In this document: positions 30,296 through 42,344 of the stretch, one piece after another | Layout: each line of letters opens with the position of its first letter | How positions within the stretch are numbered: position 1 is the first letter of the stretch | DNA from: an uncultured Acidobacteriota bacterium | GTDB lineage: Bacteria > Acidobacteriota > Thermoanaerobaculia > Multivoradales > JAGPDF01 | Direction of reading: 5' to 3' | NCBI GenBank assembly: GCA_963781755.1 | Contig: CAWAGZ010000004.1 | Location: 272,937-336,936 of the forward strand | DNA length: 64,000 bases | Program-made: the position numbers and the translations under genes | The notes under the pieces: generated by a model | What the model was told of the DNA's origin: nothing | The model's database searches: none | The model's input: the letters and a program-made list of their open reading frames with translations, nothing else

Positions 30296-30662
30296 TTGCC
30301 TCGCCTCCCACCGAGAGACCTCCGCGCTGCGGACCGGCGAGCGAGTGCCATCGGGAGGGGCGGCCGAGGTGGCGCGGGCGCAGAGGTGACAGTCACGCCA
30401 CATCCGAGATGTGGCGTGACTGTCAGCGGCACGAGCACGGCGGAGACTGTGCCTCGGCGAGCGGGTGCCGGTGCGAACCGAAGGCGTCTCCAGGGGACAC
30501 CCAGCAGGCCAGGGTGTCCCCGGCGGAGACTGTGCCTCGGCAAGCGGGTGGCGGTGCGCACCGAAGGCGTCTCCAGGGGACACCCAGCAGGCCAGGGTGT
30601 CCCCTCGGGGAATCCACTGCCTCGCCAGTCCGCGGACTCGAGGTCTGTCATCGGGAGGGACC
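30296..30662. repeat. composite structured repeat: partial H module (30296-30365), palindrome P1 (30386-30426), two tandem H modules of about 83 bp (30441-30606) plus a 3' H tail
   Basis: P1 is GTGACAGTCACGCCACATC-CGA-GATGTGGCGTGACTGTCAG. Each H unit contains the hairpin GGGGACACCC-AGCAGGCCA-GGGTGTCCCC. The same family recurs at 45149-45625 and 48557-48725. Confidence 0.8.
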
Positions 30663-30794
30663 TTCACCGCGGCGAAGCGGCGAACGGCAGGCACAAGAAT
30701 CGCCCTGCCACTTCCCCCTTCTGTGGAAGCCTTTGCTTCTTGTGTTTGTCTTGGTCAGAAAGGTCGCGGCTTTGACAAGGGGGGGCGGGTGCCG

Positions 30795-30992
30795 TTAGCC
30801 TCTGGCGTCGCATTCGGAGAGGCCCGGTGGCGACGCCGGGCTCGGCAACCTGGGACGGACCCCCAAGGTGCCCTCCCGCCGGGGACGTTCTTCCAGCGGG
30901 GATGCGGTCGGCGGCTGCGGCCTCCGGCAACCAAGCGTCCGGCGGTCGAAATCCCGCTCTCCGATGCCGTGGCGAGCGGGATTTTCGTTTTT
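30795..30992 (+). promoter_or_regulatory. candidate SAM-binding riboswitch (S-box clan, SAM-I/IV-like core) with an intrinsic terminator in the metF leader
   Basis: The leader contains GGCAACC (30844-30850, repeated at 30925-30931) and AAGGUGCC, resembling the SAM-I/IV ligand-binding core. The hairpin CCCGCTCTCCGATGCCGTGGCGAGCGGG (30952-30980) is followed by ATTTTCGTTTTT. RBS GGGGGAAGAG and the metF ATG follow at 31014. Confidence 0.3.
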
Positions 30993-31013
30993 CGGGGGGA
31001 AGAGAATCGAGTC

Positions 31014-31967
31014 ATGAAGGTCACCGAACACCTCGAGCGGTCCTCGAGCCCGCCGATCAGCTTCGAGATCATCCCGCCGCTGCGCGGGGGCGACCTCGGT
31101 GCGCTGCTCCGGCTGACCGAGGACCTGGCGCGCTTCCGGCCGCCGTTCATCGACATCACCAGCCACGCCGCCGAGGTGGTCTACGAGGAAACGGCTTCGG
31201 GGCTGCAGCGCCGGATCAAGCGCAAGCGGCCGGGGACGATCGGGCTGTGCGCCCTGATCCAGAACAAGTACGGCGTGGACGCCGTGCCCCACGTGCTCTG
31301 CTTCGGCTTCACCCGCGAGGAGACCGAGGACTTCCTGATCGAGATGCGCTACCTCGGAATCGACAACGTCCTCGCGGTGCGCGGTGACGAGAACGACTAC
31401 CAGAAGCCGCTGCGCGACGGCAAGACGGCGAACGAGTTCGCGGTGGACCTGGTGAACCAGATCGCGGCGATGAACAGCGGCCGCTACCTCCAGGCCGACC
31501 TGCTCGACGCCGAGCCGACCGACTTCTGCGTCGGCGTCGGCGGCTACCCGGAGAAGCACTTCGAGGCGCCCAACATCGACACCGACGTCCGGCGCGCCAA
31601 GCACAAGGTGGACGCCGGGGCGAGCTACGTCGTGACCCAGATGTTCTTCGACAACCGGCACTACTTCGACTACGTCGAGCGCTGCCGCCAGGCGGGGATC
31701 ACGGTGCCGATCATTCCCGGGATCAAGATCCTGACCGCGCGGCCGCAGCTCAAGTCGATCCCGAGGAACTTCTACGTCGAGATCCCGGCCGCTCTGTCCG
31801 ACGAGGTCGAGAAGGCGCCCGACGACGCCGTGCTCGACGTCGGCGTGGAGTGGGCCGAGCGCCAGGTGCGCGACCTGCTCGACCGCGGCGCGCCGTCGGT
31901 GCACTTCTACGTCATGCAGAACGCCACCGCCGTCTCGCGCCTGATGGCGCGGCTGGGGAAGCTGTGA
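31014..31967 (+). CDS. metF: 5,10-methylenetetrahydrofolate reductase
   Basis: ISFEIIPP...CVGVGGYPEKH...YVVTQMFFD are conserved MetF motifs. Confidence 0.9.
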   Translation: MKVTEHLERSSSPPISFEIIPPLRGGDLGALLRLTEDLARFRPPFIDITSHAAEVVYEETASGLQRRIKRKRPGTIGLCALIQNKYGVDAVPHVLCFGFTREETEDFLIEMRYLGIDNVLAVRGDENDYQKPLRDGKTANEFAVDLVNQIAAMNSGRYLQADLLDAEPTDFCVGVGGYPEKHFEAPNIDTDVRRAKHKVDAGASYVVTQMFFDNRHYFDYVERCRQAGITVPIIPGIKILTARPQLKSIPRNFYVEIPAALSDEVEKAPDDAVLDVGVEWAERQVRDLLDRGAPSVHFYVMQNATAVSRLMARLGKL

Positions 31968-31983
31968 ATCGGGAGGCCGGAAG

Positions 31984-33648
31984 ATGAGACCCGCACCGCT
32001 CTGGAACGCCCTGCTGCTGGCCGGCACCGCGGCGCTCGCCGCCGCTCCTCCGGGAGCGGCCGGCGCGACCGCCGGCCCGTCGCCCGGGCAGGTCGTCGCG
32101 GGTCCCACCGCGACCGCGGTCGCGACGCCGCCGCTGGCGAGCTTCCAGGCCGTACTGCAGCCCGAGCCGTGGCCGAGCGAGAAGGCCGAGGACCGCGTCA
32201 ACCCGCTGGCGGACGAGCCCGACGAGGGGCGCCGCGGCACCTGGAACCGCCTCGGGGTCCCGGAGGATCCCCTCGCCGGCCGCAGCCTCGCCGCCGGCGC
32301 CGAGACCCCGACGCCGCTGTTCGACTTCGCGGGGACAGATCAGCAGCACGGCTGCAGTTGCGCTCCGCCCGACACCGTCGGCGACGTCGGACCGAACCAC
32401 TACGTGCAGATGGTCAACGCCACCAAGATCCGGATCTTCGACAAGACGGGGGCGCCGGTCACCGGAGTGATCGACCTGGCGAGCTTCTGGGCGTCGGGCA
32501 ACTGCCACAGCGATCTGGGCGACCCGGTCGTCGTCTACGACTGGCTCGCCGACCGCTGGCTCCTGGCGCAGTTCGCGACCCCTCAGCAGTTCTGCTTCGC
32601 GGTGTCGCAGACCGCCGACCCGACGGGGTCCTACTTCGTCTACGAGTTCCCGGCCTCGAACTTCCCGGACTACTTCAAGATCGGCGTCTGGCCCGACGCC
32701 TTCTACGTCGCGGCCAACGAGAGTCCGTACAGCGCCTGGGCGTTCGAGCGCTCGAAGATGCTCGTGGGACAGACCGCGCAGTCGCTCCAGGCGTCGGTTT
32801 CCGGCGACAACTTCCTGATGCCGGTGGACTTCAACGGCCACGCGGCGCCGCCGGCCGGGACCCCGGGCTACTTCTACACCTTCCTCGACGACTCCTTCCA
32901 CGGCGGAGTGGACCGGATCCAGCTCGGCTCCTTCCAGGTCGATTGGGCGACGCCGGGCAACTCGAGCTGGAGCAGCACCGACCTGCCGATCGCGTCGTTC
33001 ACCTACACCGTGTGCGGCTTCTTCAACTTCAACTGCGCGCCGCAGGCCGGGACGACGCAGAAGTTGGACGTGGTCTCGGAGTGGCCGATGTACCGCTTCA
33101 CCTACCGCCGCTTCGACGACCACGAGAGCCTGCTCGGCAACTTCACCGTCGCCACCGGCTCGCCGACGATCGCCGCCCCGCGCTGGTTCGAGCTGCGGCG
33201 GACCTCGGGCGCTTGGAGCCTGTACCAGGAGGGGACGTACGTGCCGTCGGGCGGCGTCTTCCGCTTCATGGGCTCGATCGCCCAGGACGCGAGCGGCGAC
33301 ATCGCGCTCGGCTTCACCGCCTCGAGCTCCACGATCCACCCCCAGATCCGCTACGCCACCCGGCTGGCTTCCGATCCGCTCGGCACCCTGGGGTCCGAGG
33401 TCACGATGACCTCCGTCCTGGTCAACGGCTCGCAGACCGGCTCGAACCGCTGGGGCGACTACTCGGCGATGGCGATCGACCCGGCCGACGACTGCACCTT
33501 CTGGTACACCAACGAGTACTACCCGGTGAACAGCTCGGGATCCTGGAAGACGCGGGTCGGCTCCTTCCGGATCCCCGGCTGCGGGGCGATCTTCATCGAC
33601 GGGTTCGAGTCCGGCGACGCCAGCCGCTGGAGCGTGACCCTTCCCTGA
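31984..33648 (+). CDS. secreted hypothetical protein (signal peptide) ending in the C-terminal tail FIDGFESGDASRWSVTLP
   Basis: A 554-aa ORF with an N-terminal signal peptide (MRPAPLWNALLLAGTAALAAA). Its C-terminal 18 aa are shared with the proteins ending at 42186 (+) and 42345 (-). Confidence 0.7.
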   Translation: MRPAPLWNALLLAGTAALAAAPPGAAGATAGPSPGQVVAGPTATAVATPPLASFQAVLQPEPWPSEKAEDRVNPLADEPDEGRRGTWNRLGVPEDPLAGRSLAAGAETPTPLFDFAGTDQQHGCSCAPPDTVGDVGPNHYVQMVNATKIRIFDKTGAPVTGVIDLASFWASGNCHSDLGDPVVVYDWLADRWLLAQFATPQQFCFAVSQTADPTGSYFVYEFPASNFPDYFKIGVWPDAFYVAANESPYSAWAFERSKMLVGQTAQSLQASVSGDNFLMPVDFNGHAAPPAGTPGYFYTFLDDSFHGGVDRIQLGSFQVDWATPGNSSWSSTDLPIASFTYTVCGFFNFNCAPQAGTTQKLDVVSEWPMYRFTYRRFDDHESLLGNFTVATGSPTIAAPRWFELRRTSGAWSLYQEGTYVPSGGVFRFMGSIAQDASGDIALGFTASSSTIHPQIRYATRLASDPLGTLGSEVTMTSVLVNGSQTGSNRWGDYSAMAIDPADDCTFWYTNEYYPVNSSGSWKTRVGSFRIPGCGAIFIDGFESGDASRWSVTLP

Positions 33649-33664
33649 CGCGGACGATGCGACC

Positions 33665-37186
<3,522 letters not shown>

Positions 37187-37372
37187 CCCAGTAGGGGTGG
37201 CAATCGCCGCGAAATAGCGCCGCGCACAGCTTCAGGCATCGGCTTCCGACTTCCCTGGGGCCCCCTAATGCCCTCGCCTACTCCAGTTTCAAGCGTGGAG
37301 CCAGGCTATGGCTCTCTCGCGTGGGCACTCCTCCCCGCGCCGACTGATGGCCGTGGGAGCTTCGAACCCGTG

Positions 37373-39439
37373 CTACTGCGGCGGCTGGCAGGCCCCTGGA
37401 TTCCCGTCGAAGACATCCGCTTCAAAGTTGTCGATCGAGTTCTCACCTTCCGCGAAGCTCTGGCCCGCGGGCTTCCATCCCTTGAAATACGCGACCGAAG
37501 TGCTCGGCGGCGCGTCGGAAAGAACTACTCCAGTGAGTACGGGCTCAGAGTTTACGTAGACGTCTGCGCTCGGTGGGGTCGTCTGATAGTTCACGAGAAG
37601 CCGGACATCCGTCTTGCCAAACGCCCAAGCCCCCACGCCCGTTGTAGCGTATGTTGTCGTTTGGTTGTTGTGAACCGTCTCCAGCGAAATCTCGAGCGGA
37701 GGTGCCGGGAACCTAGTACTCTGAGGATACCCGACAACTCTTATCAAGTCGTTGACGACGGTGCCCGCTGAGAGTCCTATCTCGAGGTGATTCAGTCCAG
37801 GCGTAATAACGCCACGAGTGCTTACCGAAGTCTGCTGCGACACGTTTGATAGCGCCAACTTGCCCCGCCATGTCGATTGTCCAGCGAGCCCTCTCGGTAC
37901 TGCGCTTCCCATCCAGATTCCCGTCTGGGCGTCTTGATTCCCCCAGGTCTCGGCGTTGTTGCCCGTCCATCCTGTACCGCCTCCCGCGTCTGGGAGCTTT
38001 CCATTCAGCCCTATGTTGCCCAACTCGCCGTTGAAGGCGTCTCTCGCTACAAAGGTCGGAAGCTCTTGAAACATCCGGCATGCCACGTAGTCCTTCTGCC
38101 ATTTCGCGCCTGCGCCACTTCCATTCGTGTTCCAGTCAACCCCACTCTTCATCTCGTTCATGATCTCAAAGATCATGTTGCCAACTCCACCCACCTCCTT
38201 TGCCACGAGCTCAAGATAGGCGTTCTGAATCGGAACAATCCTACTGTCGTTGAGAAACGCGTCAAGAGTATTACATTGATTCCCGTCGTTCTCAGAGTCG
38301 AAGAGTTCGATGCTCCCGCAGTCGTTCGCTTGGCAGCAAGCGCCATTCAGGTCGCCCCCATCGAGGAAGTCTATAGTCGGGAGATTCGCGTCCCTGTTGT
38401 ACGGGCTACTCGGCCACTGCCCAGGGCAATTGATGTCGTTGTCTATGAGGCCGTGTTTGTCGAAAAGGGAAAGCTGCACGACGATACCTCGGTCGGCGGC
38501 AAGTTGAGCGAACTCACGGAGTCGGGCAAAGAACAATGGGTTTAGCCCTGAGATGCTGAGGTCATAGTCGGGATAGCTTCCGGAGAACGGGGTAAGGCCC
38601 TCCGCGTGCGGGCTCGGACAAACCGCTCTTCCTGTCCACTGCTCGATCGCCCAGATTCGGGTCAGGTTTGCTCTATAGGTACGAAGCGTATCTAGGAATC
38701 CATCGTTAGCCCCAGTTCGCAGCAGAATGGCCCTATTCCCTGCTGCAAGAGCTCCCATGTGGCTAAATCCAATCAGCGTCGCTGGCTCCCCATTCCAAAA
38801 GAACACCTCCGTATGTGGAAAACTGATGTCGGGACTGATTCCCCGAGTCAGTGTACCGTTGGGTGACATGGGCGCATTCATTGCTAACCCAGCGCAGCCG
38901 GAGTCATGGATGTAGGCCATCATGTCTCGGGCACCCGGCCAGGGAGTGCCGTCGGTCTGCCAGGTGTTCCATCCGCCTATCGTGAGACCTAGCTTTGCCT
39001 TGTCAGCTAGGATGGCTTCATAGTGCTCGTAGTTCTCGAATCCGCGCGGCTTGGAGTGGTTCTGGATCGCTGAGCAAATCTCCCCAATGTAGCCTTTCTG
39101 CTTTTCATTCCGCGTCGCGCCGGTGAAGCTTGCGTCGTCGGAGTAGATCTTCGGCTTCTGGTCGGAACTCGTGTTATTGACGTAGCAGCGCGCTTGCACG
39201 AACGTATTATGAACCTTGTCGATATGGTAGGAGCTTGCTCCTACGTCCTGAGATCGAGCAAGTGCTTGGAATGGTTGTTGGTCGCAGGGATCACCGAATA
39301 CGACGGGGTGCTGGTTTCCTGAGATTATCCCACGCTGAGCGAGCGCCACTGGATTGATGCAGATGAGCGAGGCACCTAGTGCAAGCAGGAGTCTCCTATT
39401 GAGGCGCATGTTCTTGCGGACATGCGTCGGTTCTCGCAT
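37373..39439 (-). CDS. secreted glycoside hydrolase, GH5-like (cellulase family)
   Basis: A signal peptide (MREPTHVRKNMRLNRRLLLALGASLICINPVALA) follows a strong RBS (AAGGGAGGG) before ATG 39439. IFEIMNE resembles the GH5 catalytic acid/base NEP motif. The gene is about 50% GC in a roughly 70% GC background. Confidence 0.6.
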   Translation of the reverse strand: MREPTHVRKNMRLNRRLLLALGASLICINPVALAQRGIISGNQHPVVFGDPCDQQPFQALARSQDVGASSYHIDKVHNTFVQARCYVNNTSSDQKPKIYSDDASFTGATRNEKQKGYIGEICSAIQNHSKPRGFENYEHYEAILADKAKLGLTIGGWNTWQTDGTPWPGARDMMAYIHDSGCAGLAMNAPMSPNGTLTRGISPDISFPHTEVFFWNGEPATLIGFSHMGALAAGNRAILLRTGANDGFLDTLRTYRANLTRIWAIEQWTGRAVCPSPHAEGLTPFSGSYPDYDLSISGLNPLFFARLREFAQLAADRGIVVQLSLFDKHGLIDNDINCPGQWPSSPYNRDANLPTIDFLDGGDLNGACCQANDCGSIELFDSENDGNQCNTLDAFLNDSRIVPIQNAYLELVAKEVGGVGNMIFEIMNEMKSGVDWNTNGSGAGAKWQKDYVACRMFQELPTFVARDAFNGELGNIGLNGKLPDAGGGTGWTGNNAETWGNQDAQTGIWMGSAVPRGLAGQSTWRGKLALSNVSQQTSVSTRGVITPGLNHLEIGLSAGTVVNDLIRVVGYPQSTRFPAPPLEISLETVHNNQTTTYATTGVGAWAFGKTDVRLLVNYQTTPPSADVYVNSEPVLTGVVLSDAPPSTSVAYFKGWKPAGQSFAEGENSIDNFEADVFDGNPGACQPPQ

Positions 39440-39669
39440 GGAAACCCTCCCTTTCCCGGTTGCTGTCACGGCGGGACGGCCGCGTCAGCTTCAGGCAGTC
39501 CAAGCAGAGTCGCTCAGGCAGTCCACCGCCTTTCCGTGCCAGTGGGCAACCGCCCGTTGGGCGGGCTAATCGCCGCCTGTTCGGGCGGTCAGGTCTTCTT
39601 GGCACGCCGGTGTAAAGTGACTTTCGCCCAACGTCTCCTCCTCTGGCTGGTTCAAGTGGGGGCTGCCTA

Positions 39670-42186
39670 GTGAGAGTTCTCGGAATGGCTTCTGCGCTGC
39701 GGCTCCTGCCCCTGTACATCGCGATTCCCTGGGCAGGTCCCGCCCTCTCACAGCCAATACCGCTCGATTATTCCGAGCGCCAGGTGAATACATACACGCC
39801 CTGTGATCAGTGGCGGCCCGCTGTGGCGTCGGACCCGGACGGGTCGTTCGTCGTGGCCTGGACGAGCTGCGGGTCGCTGGGCAACGACGACTCCTTCAGC
39901 AGCGTGCAGGTGCGGCGCTTTGGCGCGGACGGCAACCCTCTGGATGCGGCAGACTTTCAGGTCAACATGTACACCGCCTACGATCAGCGCTACCCCTCGG
40001 TCGCGAGCGATGCGGAGGGGAACTTCGTCGTCGTGTGGGAGAGCTACGGATCGGCCGGTGGCGACGACGACGGGTACAGCATCCAGGCGCGGAGATTCGC
40101 GGCCGACGGGACTCCACTCGACGCCGCGGAATTCCAGGTCAACGCCTACACGACGAACCTCCAGCAGCGGCCGAAGGTCGCCATGGACCCCGAAGGGAAC
40201 TTCGTCGTCGTCTGGGACAGCTGGGGCTCGCCGACCGATTCGTCGGCCTACAGTGTCCAGGCGCGTAGGTTCGGCGCGGACGGAGCTCCGCTCGAGCCCA
40301 CGGAGTTTCAGGTCAACACGTTCACGTCCAACACTCAATTCACGCCGTCGGTGGGCGCCGACTTCGACGGCGGCTTCGTCGTCGGCTGGTTCAGTCACCA
40401 CCTGTGCGGAGGAGTCGAGTGCACGAGCATCGAAGCGCGCCGGTACCGCCGTGACGGCACCCCTGCGGACCCGGCCGAGTTCCGCGTCGACACTCCTGCG
40501 GGCAATGGCGTTGGCTCGCCGACGGTCGGCGCCGATCCCGCGGGCGAGTTCGTGCTTGCCTGGGAGATCACTCAACCGATCACCTTCCGCGAGAGCATCG
40601 GTGCGCGTCGATACCGCACCGACGGCACTCCAGTCGATCTCTTCGACTTCGAAGTCAGCTCCTACACCACCTGGGCGCAGGACCGGCCCTCGGTCTCCGC
40701 GGCCGCCAACGGCGATTTCGTGGTGGCATGGAGCAGCTACGGATCGAGCGGAGACGACCCCGGATTCAGCGTCCAGGGCCGCCGGTACCGTCCGGACGGC
40801 CCTTCTGTGGACCCGGGAGAGTTCCAGCTCAACGCCTACACCACGGGGAACCAGGTCCGGCCGTCCGTCTCACGGCGGCTGAACGGCGACTTCGTGGTCG
40901 CCTGGCAGAGCTACGGGTCGTTCGGCGACGACTCGAGCTACTGGAGCATCCAGGAGCGCCGCTTCGGGCGGCCGACGATCGAGGTGACGTCCAGCTCCGG
41001 AGCGACAGGCGGCCCGGACTGCAAGCTTCGCGACGCAATCGCGGCAGCGAATGCCGGTCAACCGGTCGGAGGCTGCCCGGGCGGAAACGAGGGGGCGGAA
41101 ATCGAGCTTCCGCCGGGGGCGACGATCGTGCTCACCGTCGCCGACAACGGGTCGAACGGACTTCCGCTGATCGCGAGGCCGATCACGGTCCGGGGTCGCG
41201 GCGCGACGATCACCCGGGACCCCGGGGTCGCCTGTCCGGTGGAACCGGAGTTCCGGATCTTCGAGGTGGTCGCGGGAGGTATCCTCGAGCTCCAGGACGT
41301 GACCGTGGCGCGCGGTTGCATCTCCAGTGGGAGTGGCGGAGCGGTGCTCGCGAGCGGCGGCACCGTTCTGCTGACCCGCGCTTCGATCGTGGGCAGCGAG
41401 GCGGGCTCCGACGGAGGCGGGGTCGCGGTGGTCGACGGCAGCTTGTTCGCGGCCGGCGCCACGGTGCGCGGTAACCTCGCAGCCGGGTCGGGAGGTGGCA
41501 TCTCGGTGTCGGGACTGGAAGGCCGCCTGCTGCTGCGTCGCTCGACGCTCTCTGGCAACGCCGCGACCTTCGGCGGTGGGCTCTCGCATGCGGCAGGCAC
41601 CCGGGCCTTGATTCGGACGTCGACGCTCTCCGGCAATGCGGCGCTGGGGTCCGGCGGTGGGATCGAGGCGGCTGGCTCCGGAGCGGGAAGCCGGGTGGTG
41701 CTCGACTTCTCCACGGTTACCGGGAATTTCGCCTCGGTCGGAGGTGGCTTGGACCTGGGATCCGGGACGTTCGATCTCCACGGCAGCCTGGTCGGCGAGA
41801 GCGCCTCGGGTGGAGACTGTGCCGCCGGCACCGGTGTCCTGGTCGCCACCGGTGCCAACCTCGACACCGACGGAACCTGCACGGCTCTGGCGGGGGGCCA
41901 CGTGTCGACGGTGGTGTCGCTCGACCTGGGTCCACTCCGCGACAACGGCGGATTCGTCTCAACCCGTGCCCCGCTCGGGGGCAGTCCTTCCCTCGACGCG
42001 GCGCCCGACTGTGCGAACCGCTCCGGCGCGGCTGCCCTCACCGACGAGCGAGGCTACCCGCGGCCGACCGACGACGACGGGGACGGCGCGCCCGCGTGCG
42101 ATCTGGGCGCGGTCGAGCGCGGACCGGTGTTCCTCGACGGCTTCGAGTCGGGCGATTTATCGGCCTGGTCCGGCGCGGGTCCCTGA
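39670..42186 (+). CDS. large secreted protein: seven tandem repeats of about 57 aa, then a CSLREA-type parallel beta-helix domain; ends in the tail FLDGFESGDLSAWSGAGP
   Basis: It has a signal peptide. The repeats follow the pattern FQVNxYTxxxQxxPSVAxDxxGNFVVxWxSxGSxGxDxxxxSxQxRRFxADGxP. The CKLRDAIAAAN motif resembles CSLREA. GGGxxxxG beta-helix repeats follow. Confidence 0.7.
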   Translation: MRVLGMASALRLLPLYIAIPWAGPALSQPIPLDYSERQVNTYTPCDQWRPAVASDPDGSFVVAWTSCGSLGNDDSFSSVQVRRFGADGNPLDAADFQVNMYTAYDQRYPSVASDAEGNFVVVWESYGSAGGDDDGYSIQARRFAADGTPLDAAEFQVNAYTTNLQQRPKVAMDPEGNFVVVWDSWGSPTDSSAYSVQARRFGADGAPLEPTEFQVNTFTSNTQFTPSVGADFDGGFVVGWFSHHLCGGVECTSIEARRYRRDGTPADPAEFRVDTPAGNGVGSPTVGADPAGEFVLAWEITQPITFRESIGARRYRTDGTPVDLFDFEVSSYTTWAQDRPSVSAAANGDFVVAWSSYGSSGDDPGFSVQGRRYRPDGPSVDPGEFQLNAYTTGNQVRPSVSRRLNGDFVVAWQSYGSFGDDSSYWSIQERRFGRPTIEVTSSSGATGGPDCKLRDAIAAANAGQPVGGCPGGNEGAEIELPPGATIVLTVADNGSNGLPLIARPITVRGRGATITRDPGVACPVEPEFRIFEVVAGGILELQDVTVARGCISSGSGGAVLASGGTVLLTRASIVGSEAGSDGGGVAVVDGSLFAAGATVRGNLAAGSGGGISVSGLEGRLLLRRSTLSGNAATFGGGLSHAAGTRALIRTSTLSGNAALGSGGGIEAAGSGAGSRVVLDFSTVTGNFASVGGGLDLGSGTFDLHGSLVGESASGGDCAAGTGVLVATGANLDTDGTCTALAGGHVSTVVSLDLGPLRDNGGFVSTRAPLGGSPSLDAAPDCANRSGAAALTDERGYPRPTDDDGDGAPACDLGAVERGPVFLDGFESGDLSAWSGAGP

Positions 42187-42344
42187 GCCCGCGGAGGGCG
42201 GCCGACCGGCTCTCCTGCTCGAGACGAAAAAGGCCGCGCGCCGCGCCGGACCGGAGGAGGGGAACCGGTGCGGCGCGGCGCGCGGCGGCCTGCCCCCGGC
42301 CGCCCGAGAGGAGAGGGCGGACCGGGGTCCAGAAGCCTGCGGGG

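Noticed and set aside
30386-30662. Possible CRISPR array, suggested by the repeated GGGGACACCC...GGGTGTCCCC and GTGACAG palindromes
   Set aside because: There are only two tandem units here, and spacing is irregular. The sequence between the two units is itself repeated rather than being a unique spacer. The same modules recur singly at distant loci, and no cas genes are present. The pattern fits a REP/MITE-like repeat family better.
37190-37372. Possible tRNA or tRNA fragment, because of a GAGCTTCGAACCCGTGC T-arm-like string next to the low-GC island
   Set aside because: No acceptor stem, D-arm or anticodon arm could be folded around it, and it overlaps the C-terminal codons of the GH5-like gene. 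The evidence is insufficient for an RNA gene call.
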